Positions 1-7,088 are shown, numbered from the stretch's first letter. The stretch is 10,727 bases of DNA from Conexivisphaerales archaeon (GCA_049509455.1 JBEKZX010000055.1:1-10727); one strand, 5' to 3'. Program-made: numbers and translations. Notes: generated by a model from the letters alone, not told the origin.

Positions 1-142
1 CATACCGGGCTACGTGTTCGCGTACATCTACGTCATCGCTTCTTTCGTGCTGGGCATAGTGATATACCTGGCATCGAAGAGCTACCACAAGAACAAGGGC
101 ATTAACATAGACTTAGCTTATAAAGAGATTCCGCCTGACTGA
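1..142 (+). CDS. C-terminal fragment of an APC-family amino-acid permease (runs off the 5' edge)
   Basis: Frame from position 2 reads IPGYVFAYIYVIASFVLGIVIYLASKSYHKNKGINIDLAYKEIPPD* (TGA 140-142). A hydrophobic last helix, a basic tail and an (F/Y)KEIPP(E/D) terminus are typical of archaeal APC permeases as I recall them. Confidence 0.7.
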   Translation, partial: IPGYVFAYIYVIASFVLGIVIYLASKSYHKNKGINIDLAYKEIPPD

Positions 143-148
143 GACCCT

Positions 149-1099
149 GTGAAAACACGCATCTTTTTTGCGAGCGATGTTCACGGCTCGGAGAGCTGCT
201 TTAGGAAGTTCATCAACGCCGCAAAGTTCTACGATGCCAACGCGCTCATCCTGGGCGGAGACATCACCGGCAAGGCACTCGTGCCCATCGTCGAGCGGCC
301 TGACGGGAGGTTCCGCCTCTCCTTCGAGGGAGAAGAGGTCGTCGTCAAAAAGGAGGAGCTCCCCACCTACATCAAGACGCTCAGGAACAGCGGCCGCTAT
401 TACTTCATGGCGACGGAGGCGGAGCTTGCGGAGCTGGAGAAAGACAAAGCCAAGCTGGACGCGCTGTTCCTAAAGACCATGAAGGAGGTCTTGCGGTCTT
501 GGATCTCCCTGGCCCAAGAGAGGCTCAAGGGGACAGGAGTCAAGTGTTACATCTCCCCCGGCAACGACGATCGCCTGGAGCTGGACGAGTTGCTGCAGGA
601 CTCAGAGAACGTTTTCAACCCGGAGGCCAAGGTGGTAGAGCTCGAAAGCGGGAACGAGATGATCACTGTTGGCTACGCGAACCCAACGCCCTGGAAGTCC
701 CCTCGAGAGGTTCCAGAGGACGAGCTTTTCAAGATGATAGATGGAGTTGCGAGCCAACTGAAGGAGCCGTCGAAGAGCATATTCAACCTTCACGTTCCCC
801 CGCACGGCACCGAGCTCGACAAGGCCCCGGTCGTGAACTCGGAGCTGAGGTATGAGCGAGAGGGGCTCGGACAGCTTAAAATGACCAACATCGGGAGCAC
901 GGCCGTACGAAGGTCCATCGAGAAGTACCAGCCCATGCTGGGGCTTCACGGCCACGTTCATGAGGTGAGGGGTTTCATACGGATCGGCCGGACCCTGTGC
1001 GTAAGCCCGGGCAGCGACTACGTCGCTGGAACGCTCAAGGGAGCCATCATAGACCTTGAGAGCAGCGCAATAAAGGAATACATGCTCACCAGCGGCTGA
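149..1099 (+). CDS. Calcineurin-like metallophosphoesterase, Icc-related (COG2129-like)
   Basis: All five metal-binding motifs are in order: SDVHG, LGGDITG, PGNDD, NLHVPP, HGHVHE. GTG start lies 6 nt after the permease stop. Confidence 0.9.
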   Translation: MKTRIFFASDVHGSESCFRKFINAAKFYDANALILGGDITGKALVPIVERPDGRFRLSFEGEEVVVKKEELPTYIKTLRNSGRYYFMATEAELAELEKDKAKLDALFLKTMKEVLRSWISLAQERLKGTGVKCYISPGNDDRLELDELLQDSENVFNPEAKVVELESGNEMITVGYANPTPWKSPREVPEDELFKMIDGVASQLKEPSKSIFNLHVPPHGTELDKAPVVNSELRYEREGLGQLKMTNIGSTAVRRSIEKYQPMLGLHGHVHEVRGFIRIGRTLCVSPGSDYVAGTLKGAIIDLESSAIKEYMLTSG

Positions 1100-1131
1100 G
1101 CCTCTTCGCGCTTGGGCAGGGCGTCCGTCCT

Positions 1132-1297
1132 TCAAAAGGCATCCATTATCAAGTCAGCGGCGCGACTGGTCCCATCTCTTTTCCTCGGTTCAGCTCTCCT
1201 CCCCAGCCTCTCGGCGATGAGCGGTCCACGCCTGTGAAGGTCCCCGTGATGGAATCCCAAGGCCGATGAGGCTGACGCCGTACCGCACAGTCGTCAT
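1132..1297 (-). pseudogene. Possible internally deleted, frameshifted remnant of a GT-B (GT28/MJ1255-like) glycosyltransferase
   Basis: ATG at 1297 gives MTTVRYGVSLIGLG, resembling the YGVxxxGxGH N-terminal motif. A shifted frame gives PLIAERL...EPRKRDGTSRAADLIMDAF* (TGA 1134-1132), resembling the GT-B C-terminal DGxxRAAxxI helix. Similarity is by eye only. Confidence 0.25.
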
Positions 1298-1345
1298 GCT
1301 CGCTTGACTTGACGAACTCTCGGGGCGTTAATTCGGATGCGACGT

Positions 1346-1963
1346 TCACGGGATGACGGTCAGAGCGAGGGTAACGAGAAAGGGCACCATGAGCGTGATG
1401 ATCACGCCATGAAGGAAGCTCAGGGCTTCCACGTCCTGGCCTCCTACGGCCGAGATGACGGTCAGGGTGGTGTCCATGGTCGTGGCCCCGCCAAGGGATA
1501 TGGAGCTCCTGCCACCAAGCCTTCTCCTGAAGAGTGGGTAGGCGAGGAAGGTGAACAGTTCTCTGAAAAAGTTGGACAGAAACCCAATTGCACCGGCGAG
1601 GGCTCCGATTGCGGAAGCGACCAGAGGCCCGTCGAGGGTGTACCAGCCCATGCCCAGCGAGGCAGCCAGGGCTCCCTTGAGGCCAAGCGACGGCACGAGC
1701 GAAAAGGCGAGACCTACCAGAAGGCTACCCACGACAGTGCCAGCAGATAGCAGCAAGGCATCCTTCCCTAACGACGAAATCATCTTCTTGTCAAGACCGG
1801 CGCCGACGTCTACCGAGACGATGAAGACGAATGCCATCAGCAGCGCATCCACGGCCGTCGACGCGTCGTTGGAGGTGAGCCCCTTCAAGTCGACAGACGA
1901 AAGGGCGAGACCTGCCAGTAGGGAGCCGACCAGAAGTATCGGCATCATAAGCTCCCTCTTCAA
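1346..1963 (-). CDS. lysO: LysO (DUF340/YbjE)-family amino-acid exporter, large C-terminal part
   Basis: Multi-TM protein with family motifs GMGWYTLDGPL, FLSNFFRELF and GGATTMDTTL. The TTG start overlaps the upstream TGA (TTGA, 1963-1960); an alternative ATG is at 1948. Confidence 0.85.
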   Translation of the reverse strand: MKRELMMPILLVGSLLAGLALSSVDLKGLTSNDASTAVDALLMAFVFIVSVDVGAGLDKKMISSLGKDALLLSAGTVVGSLLVGLAFSLVPSLGLKGALAASLGMGWYTLDGPLVASAIGALAGAIGFLSNFFRELFTFLAYPLFRRRLGGRSSISLGGATTMDTTLTVISAVGGQDVEALSFLHGVIITLMVPFLVTLALTVIP

Positions 1964-2229
1964 TCCCTCTTCCTCCCCCTGATTAGGAAGGTCACTAAGG
2001 CGCTCGTAACGGCAGACGTAGCGCCCAAGAGCAGAGAAGTCCCCGCTGCTTCGGGAAGGATGTGAAGGAGGGTCTCTTTCTCAAGGCCGATGCTGAGGCC
2101 CAATGTGAAGAGCAGCGCCGAAGCGACCACGGCGGACAAAGTGAAGAGGTGGAACCTCTGCTTCCTCCATCTTAAGGCCTGGCCTACGAAGATTCCGATG
2201 ATGAAGACTGCTAGGACCTCCGGCAGCAT
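1960..2229 (-). CDS. Small membrane protein, N-terminal part of a split LysO-family transporter
   Basis: Hydrophobic 89-aa ORF containing LLFTLGLSIG. ATG at 2229 is preceded by SD-like GGTGAGGAG, which I prefer to the track start at 2256. It has a 4-nt overlap with the large LysO part. Confidence 0.7.
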   Translation of the reverse strand: MLPEVLAVFIIGIFVGQALRWRKQRFHLFTLSAVVASALLFTLGLSIGLEKETLLHILPEAAGTSLLLGATSAVTSALVTFLIRGRKRD

Positions 2230-2290
2230 ATTACTCCTCACCCACGGCAAGTCCACCTAATGTGCGTTGCCGGGAGGCGTCCGCGTCCGT

Positions 2291-4468
2291 TCAGTGAACA
2301 AGGTGGAGCAGGTTGACGAACAGCGGTATGAAGACAATGGACAGCGTGTTGAGCAGTTTGATGAGCACGTGGAGTGACGGGCCGGCAGTGTCTTTCAGGG
2401 GGTCTCCCACGGTGTCGCCTACGACCGCCGCCTGATGGGCAGGCGAGCGCTTGCCGCCCAGGTGGCCCGCCTCGATGTACTTTTTCGCATTGTCCCATGC
2501 GCCTCCCCCGGTGTTCATGAAGAGGGCCAGAGGGATGGCCGTCAGTGTAGTTCCAATCACAAGGGCGCCGACTGCTTCGATGCCCATAAGCACTCCTATC
2601 ACGATTGGCACGATGACCGCCACCAATCCAGGCAGGACCATTTCGCGAAGCGCTGCCTTTGTGCTGATGTCGACGGCCTTGCCGTAGTCAGGCTTGGTGG
2701 TGCCTTCGAGGATTCCCGGCATCTCCCTAAACTGCCTCCTCACTTCCTCGACCATCAGAGAGGCGGCTTTTCCGACCGCCGCTATCGCCTGCGAGGAGAA
2801 GAAGAATGGGAGCATGGCGCCGATGAAGCCGGCAACCAGGACGGCCGGGTTGGAGATGTCTACGACAAATGAGGTCACGTGGTAGTAGGTGGTCGCCTGT
2901 TGAACGTACGCCTGAAAGAGCAGCTGCGAGGCGAGCAGCGCCGAACCGAGGGCGAAGCCCTTGGTCAAGGCCTTCGTCGTGTTGCCCACGGCGTCGAGGG
3001 CCTCCATCGTCTCCTCTGCGCCCTTCTCGCCCGACATCTCGGCGATCCCCGCGGCGTTGTCGGCGATGGGTCCGAAGCCGTCCAAGGCGAGGACCATGCC
3101 CATCACCGCGAGCATGCCCATGGCCGCCAGAGCCGTGCCGTAGATGCCACCCATGAACGCGCCTATCTTGGCGTTGGCTTCACCAAAGAGGGTCCCGAAG
3201 TAGTAGGAGACCAACAGGGCCCCTCCCAGTGATATCACTGGCAAGGCCGTGGTCTCCAACCCTACGGAGAGGCCGGTGATGATGTTGGTGGCTGCGCCGG
3301 TCTGGCTGGCGTTGGCGATCCTCCTCACCGGGGATCTGTCGCGACCCGTATAGTAGTCCGTGATGAAGTCAATCAGGACGCTGGCGATAAGTCCGGACAG
3401 CAGTGCGAAGTACAGATAGATTGAGCCATTGCTCGCTCCGAACAGGATGTCGGTGGCGAAGAAGAATAGTGCTGCGGCGACAATGGTCGTGACCGTGAGG
3501 CCCTTCCTCAGCCCCTTCATGGGGTTCTTCGCCTCGGCCTCGCTCAGCTTCACGAAGGGCATCCCCACAAAGGTGGCGAAGATGCCGAGGGCGCGGGCTA
3601 TGAGCGGGAATATTAGGAAGATCAGGTTTCCAGTTGCAACGCTGATCAGGCCGCCGATTATCATGCCTCCGATGTTTTCGCCCGTGGCGGACTCGAAGAG
3701 GTCCGCGCCCCTGCCCGCGGAGTCACCGACGTTGTCGCCGACAAGGTCGGCTATCACAGCGGGGTTGCGAGGGTCATCTTCGGGGATGCCGACCTCCACC
3801 TTGCCGACCAGGTCAGCACCAACATCGGCCGCCTTAGTGTAGATGCCGCCGCCCAGCTGGGCGAAGAGCGCTATGAGGGAGGCTCCAAACCCCATCCCCA
3901 CGATGCCGCTGGCGGCGTTCCGGCCGAGGGAGGAGGCTTCAGCGACGGTCAAGGTCCCAAAGAGGGCGTTGTAGCCGTTGTAGAACAGGAAGAGGACGCT
4001 GACCCCCATGAGGGACAGACCGACCACCGCGAAGCCCATAGTGGCGCCGCCGTAGAAGGCCGTCTTGAGGGCCGATTCGGCGCTGACCTTCGCGGCAGCC
4101 ACGGTCCGCAAGTTCGCCTTGGTGGCATTATCCATGGCGATGTAACCGGCCACTAGGGAGGCGACGGCTCCTACCAGAAAGGCCACCGCCGTGCCAAGAC
4201 CCAGATTGGGCGCGACGGCCATCAACACGAAGATGATCGCCGCGATAACGCTGATGGTGGTGTACTGCCTCTTAAGGAAGGCGTAGGCGCCCACCCTTAT
4301 GGCGGAGGACACCTCGACGGCCTTCGGAGCTCCCTGGTCCATCCTGCCTATCTTCCTCATCAGGAAGAGGGAAACGAGGATGGCCAGTAGGCCCGAGGCG
4401 GGGGCGAGCCAGAAGACAGCAGTGTTGTCGAACGTAATGCCGAGAATGGACTGCATTGGTAACAGCAT
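2291..4468 (-). CDS. hppA: Membrane-bound H+-translocating pyrophosphatase, K+-independent type
   Basis: Signatures GGGIYTKAADVGADLVGKVE, EDDPRNPAVIADLVGDNVGD, DGFGPIADNAAG, GNTTKA and GDTVGDPLKDTAGPS. ATG 4468 follows SD-like AAGGTG; TTG 4471 and ATG 4456 are alternatives. Confidence 0.97.
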   Translation of the reverse strand: MLLPMQSILGITFDNTAVFWLAPASGLLAILVSLFLMRKIGRMDQGAPKAVEVSSAIRVGAYAFLKRQYTTISVIAAIIFVLMAVAPNLGLGTAVAFLVGAVASLVAGYIAMDNATKANLRTVAAAKVSAESALKTAFYGGATMGFAVVGLSLMGVSVLFLFYNGYNALFGTLTVAEASSLGRNAASGIVGMGFGASLIALFAQLGGGIYTKAADVGADLVGKVEVGIPEDDPRNPAVIADLVGDNVGDSAGRGADLFESATGENIGGMIIGGLISVATGNLIFLIFPLIARALGIFATFVGMPFVKLSEAEAKNPMKGLRKGLTVTTIVAAALFFFATDILFGASNGSIYLYFALLSGLIASVLIDFITDYYTGRDRSPVRRIANASQTGAATNIITGLSVGLETTALPVISLGGALLVSYYFGTLFGEANAKIGAFMGGIYGTALAAMGMLAVMGMVLALDGFGPIADNAAGIAEMSGEKGAEETMEALDAVGNTTKALTKGFALGSALLASQLLFQAYVQQATTYYHVTSFVVDISNPAVLVAGFIGAMLPFFFSSQAIAAVGKAASLMVEEVRRQFREMPGILEGTTKPDYGKAVDISTKAALREMVLPGLVAVIVPIVIGVLMGIEAVGALVIGTTLTAIPLALFMNTGGGAWDNAKKYIEAGHLGGKRSPAHQAAVVGDTVGDPLKDTAGPSLHVLIKLLNTLSIVFIPLFVNLLHLVH

Positions 4469-4504
4469 CAAATGACACCTTACCGCAGCCCATGTTTATG
4501 GCTG

Positions 4505-4521
4505 TAAATATATAGTTTGTC
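4505..4521 (-). promoter_or_regulatory. BRE/TATA promoter of hppA
   Basis: Minus strand reads GACAAAC-TATATATTTA about 36 nt upstream of the start, in an otherwise GC-rich context. Confidence 0.65.
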
Positions 4522-4541
4522 AACCAGCGGTCGGGCGCCGA

Positions 4542-4856
4542 CTACTTGGTCCTGAGCTTGATCTCTATGTTGACGGTATCCGGTATCCTCAGCCGCGTCA
4601 GCTGGGCGATGGTGCGCTCGTTGGCATCGATGTCGATGAGCCTCCGGTGGATCTTGAGGTCCCATTTGTCGAAGGTATGCGTACCCTGTCCAGACGGAGC
4701 CTTGCGCGTGACGATTCTGAGCTTCTTGGTAGGAAGCGGCACGGGCCCCTTGACATTGATGCCCGTCTTCTCGCCCAAGTCCTTGATGTCTTTGCTGACC
4801 CTTTCAAGGTCCTCTAGAGATGTAGAAACGAGCTTTATCCTTGCAATCTGTGGCAT
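4542..4856 (-). CDS. rpsJ: 30S ribosomal protein uS10 (archaeal S10p)
   Basis: ARIKL...VKGPVPLPTKKLRIVTRKAPSGQG...LKIHRRLIDI is the unmistakable uS10 pattern. Confidence 0.97.
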   Translation of the reverse strand: MPQIARIKLVSTSLEDLERVSKDIKDLGEKTGINVKGPVPLPTKKLRIVTRKAPSGQGTHTFDKWDLKIHRRLIDIDANERTIAQLTRLRIPDTVNIEIKLRTK

Positions 4857-4891
4857 GGGCGGTCAGCATTCCGAAGCTTGAAGAGGTCCGC

Positions 4892-4905
4892 TTTTAAAGT
4901 TTGTC
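4892..4905 (-). promoter_or_regulatory. BRE/TATA promoter of rps10
   Basis: Minus strand reads GACAAAC-TTTAAAA about 35 nt upstream of ATG 4856. Confidence 0.65.
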
Positions 4906-4912
4906 GAAGTGA

Positions 4913-5203
4913 TTATTCTTCAATCGTGAGCTTCCCGTACTTCCCAACGTTGAGCCTCATCTCACCGCGGAAGGTGCTCACGTAACCGTTCTCTATCTTC
5001 AGCTTGTTGCCTACCTTCACCTTGGTGGCGAGTTCGTTCCAGAGGGTAAGGGTGGTCGTCCCCGAATCGTCCTCGACGGTGATATCGGCGACCGTGGCCC
5101 TTTCGCCTGTCTTGAGCGAAACTTCGCGTGGGGATGAGGTTTCTTTGACGGTAACGTCGACGAAGACTCTCCGCGAGTCGGGTCTGAGCTCTTTCAGCTT
5201 CAA
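4913..5203 (-). CDS. ssb: Single-OB-fold ssDNA-binding protein (crenarchaeal SSB/RPA-like)
   Basis: VEDDSGTTTLTLW and KIENGYVSTFRGEMRLNVG match the Sulfolobus SSB OB fold (GDETGRVKLTLW, KIENAWTTAFKGQVQLNAG), with the aromatic DNA-stacking positions kept as W, Y and F. TTG start. Confidence 0.85.
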   Translation of the reverse strand: MKLKELRPDSRRVFVDVTVKETSSPREVSLKTGERATVADITVEDDSGTTTLTLWNELATKVKVGNKLKIENGYVSTFRGEMRLNVGKYGKLTIEE

Positions 5204-5233
5204 AGTAATCTGCGCATCTACCGGAGGAGTCTA

Positions 5234-5241
5234 TATTTAAA
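5234..5241 (-). promoter_or_regulatory. TATA box of ssb (one side of a divergent promoter)
   Basis: Minus strand TTTAAATA lies 30 nt upstream of TTG 5203. Confidence 0.6.
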
Positions 5242-5261
5242 CCTAGCAAGACTCGTGGCGG

Positions 5262-5275
5262 CGAAGGTTTTATAG
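5262..5275 (+). promoter_or_regulatory. BRE/TATA of the aglH-like gene
   Basis: CGAAGG-TTTTATAG lies 39 nt upstream of TTG 5315. Confidence 0.55.
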
Positions 5276-5314
5276 TATGGTCGAAGGCACGGCTTCAGGG
5301 GCGCTATAGGGCGT

Positions 5315-6289
5315 TTGTGGGCTGAGATCGTGGCGTCATTCGTCGCACTGCCGGTCTCATATTTTGCCACCAGACTCCTGGTGGGCTACCTCCGAAACCG
5401 GAGCATGGAGGTGCCCGACGCCCACAAGGAGGGTCGGCCTATGGTTCCGCGTACGGGAGGCCCGGCGCTCCTCGTCTCCTTGGGCGTCGCAGGGGGGGCC
5501 ATCTTCCTCCTTTCGGGCGATCTTCGCGCCATAACGATCGTGCTTGTAGCCTTCATCGCAGGGCTCATCGGCCTTCTGGACGACCTGGGGATCCTTGGAG
5601 GCCGTGCGAAGGTGGTTCTCCTTTTCCTGGCAGCGTTGCCCATCCTCCTCCTGGGCACCTACGATTCGCATCCGGTCCTGCCATTCATGGGTGCACTCCG
5701 GCTCACCATCATTTACCCCGTGCTGGTTTTCGTCTCCATGCCCGTAACGGGGAACGCGTTCAACATGATCGACGTCTACAACGGCCTCGTCACGGGCTTC
5801 TCGGCCCTTGCGTCAACCCCTCTCCTGGTGGCGTTCGTCATCACGGGAGACTGGGTCATGGTGGCAGTTACCCTCGCCTACATATTCACGCTGGCGGGGT
5901 TCTTCGTCTTCCACAGGAATCCCTCTAAGATCTTCCCCGGTGACTGCGGCAGCCTGGCCATGGGTGCGGCCTACTGCGCCATAGTCATAACAGGGAGCAT
6001 GGAAATCGTGGGCATCGTGGCCCTGATTCCTGCCGTGCTGAATTCCTTCTTCGTCCTGTCGTCCGTGAAGGGCTTCATAGAGCATAGGAACATGAAGAAG
6101 AGGCCGGTGAAGCTCAGGGACGACTACCTCTTGGAGGCCTCCAATGAGGGGGACGCCCCGATGACCCTGTCCAGGATGGTGCTAGCCGGCGGCCCTCTTA
6201 AGGAGAGGGAGATCGTGAGCACCATCTTCATACTGGAGGCCGTTTCGGTGGCCCTAGCACTGACGACGTTCGCCCTGATGAGGTGGTAG
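5315..6289 (+). CDS. aglH: Polyprenyl-phosphate HexNAc-1-phosphate transferase (MraY/WecA/GPT family, AglH-like)
   Basis: Multi-TM protein with DAHKEGRPMVPRTGG, GLIGLLDDL, NAFNMIDVYNGL and KIFPGDCGS motifs. Its size and archaeal context fit AglH/GPT better than MraY. Confidence 0.85.
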   Translation: MWAEIVASFVALPVSYFATRLLVGYLRNRSMEVPDAHKEGRPMVPRTGGPALLVSLGVAGGAIFLLSGDLRAITIVLVAFIAGLIGLLDDLGILGGRAKVVLLFLAALPILLLGTYDSHPVLPFMGALRLTIIYPVLVFVSMPVTGNAFNMIDVYNGLVTGFSALASTPLLVAFVITGDWVMVAVTLAYIFTLAGFFVFHRNPSKIFPGDCGSLAMGAAYCAIVITGSMEIVGIVALIPAVLNSFFVLSSVKGFIEHRNMKKRPVKLRDDYLLEASNEGDAPMTLSRMVLAGGPLKEREIVSTIFILEAVSVALALTTFALMRW

Positions 6290-6328
6290 GGAACGACGGC
6301 CAAGCCCCGGATAATCGCCACGCTTTCG

Positions 6329-6598
6329 GTGCTCATAGTGTCCTCATGGGCCATCCTCCTTCTAGACGCCTTCCTGATTTTCAAGGTGGTGGTGCCGTTT
6401 TCGGCACCGGGCGGGTCCGACTATCCCACTGTGTTGGCCTACGACATTATCAAGGCCACTGCCGGCGTCATAATCATGGGGGTGTGGTTCTATTCTTTCT
6501 ATCTGCTCAGGGATTCCTACGCTCGATTCACAGGGCTAACCGGGACTCCCAGTTCTTCCTCTTTTCATCAAACACCCGACGAGAATAGAAAGGCCTAG
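6329..6598 (+). CDS. Small hypothetical membrane protein with two predicted TM helices; start uncertain
   Basis: Two hydrophobic segments (LIVSSWAILLLDAFLIFKVVVPF and IIKATAGVIIMGVWFYSFYLL). The frame stays open back to the aglH TAG at 6287-6289. The 3' end overlaps the convergent acetyltransferase by 71 nt. Confidence 0.5.
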   Translation: MLIVSSWAILLLDAFLIFKVVVPFSAPGGSDYPTVLAYDIIKATAGVIIMGVWFYSFYLLRDSYARFTGLTGTPSSSSFHQTPDENRKA

Positions 6599-7028
6599 CG
6601 GGGACGCCGGCCACGACGGTGTCAGGTGGAACGTCCTTGGTCACGACCGATCCCATGGCCACGACGCTTCCGTGGCCCACTTTCACGCCCGCCTTAATGA
6701 CAGCTCCGGCGCCAATCGTCGCTCCATCCTCCACTACGCAGCCGATCATCCGTTTGCTCATCGGATAGGGGTCGTTGGTGAAGACCACGGCTGGGCCGAT
6801 GAAGGCGTCCTTGCCGATCACGGTAAGAGGAGGGATGTAGACCGAGCCTTCGACGCGGGTGTTCGCTCCAATCTTGACGTCGTAGTCGATGTGCGCCAGT
6901 GACCCTATGGAGACGTTGTCTCCGATCTCAGAATTGGCCCCCACATATGAAAAATGCCAGATTTTGACGTTCTTCCCTATCTTGGCCTTCGGGCTGACGA
7001 AGTTGATGACCTTAGGCGCATCGCTCAT
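6528..7028 (-). CDS. Left-handed beta-helix (hexapeptide-repeat) N-acetyltransferase, WbpD/QdtC-like
   Basis: Repeats such as KIGKNV, EIGDNV and KIGANT, then FIGPAVVFTNDPYP and IGAGAVI...VVTKDVPP...GVPAR. SD GGAGGTCA precedes the ATG. Confidence 0.9.
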   Translation of the reverse strand: MSDAPKVINFVSPKAKIGKNVKIWHFSYVGANSEIGDNVSIGSLAHIDYDVKIGANTRVEGSVYIPPLTVIGKDAFIGPAVVFTNDPYPMSKRMIGCVVEDGATIGAGAVIKAGVKVGHGSVVAMGSVVTKDVPPDTVVAGVPARPFYSRRVFDEKRKNWESRLAL

Positions 7029-7057
7029 GAGCCTGACCTCCCTCCGAATCCGCTAAA

Positions 7058-7088
7058 AACGTTTGCCCTCCAAGTACGGAGGGACGTT
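7058..7088 (-). terminator. Intergenic stem-loop followed by a T-run, between the oxidoreductase and acetyltransferase genes
   Basis: Minus strand CCCTCC-GTACTT-GGAGGG, extendable by AACGT/ACGTT, followed by TTTTT. Function not established. Confidence 0.3.

Noticed and set aside
168-1135. Alternative-frame and antisense ORFs over the phosphoesterase (168..473, 499..855, 602..1135)
   Set aside because: Low-complexity Arg/Ser/Gly-rich translations overlapping a gene with a complete motif set.
1100-1345. Possible RNase P RNA, SRP RNA or C/D-box sRNA in this gap
   Set aside because: GAGGAAA, GATGA and CTGA fragments occur, but the full GAGGAAAGUCC, SRP helix-8 and C/D'/C'/D spacings are not met. 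An Infernal/Rfam scan would settle it.
1149-1349. 66-aa minus ORF whose GTG overlaps the lysO stop
   Set aside because: The GTGA overlap is suggestive, but the translation is not protein-like and other frames carry more convincing motif remnants. Not fully excluded.
1337-3842. Multiple plus-strand ORFs opposite lysO and hppA
   Set aside because: Antisense shadows with no family features, promoter or RBS support.
4272-4665. ORFs 4272..4523 and 4480..4665 spanning the hppA promoter
   Set aside because: They run through TATA elements and overlap hppA or rps10 out of frame; no motifs.
6283-6588. 101-aa ORF starting with a GTG inside the aglH 3' end
   Set aside because: Non-protein-like composition; the overlapping frame (6329..6598) has the coherent two-TM pattern.
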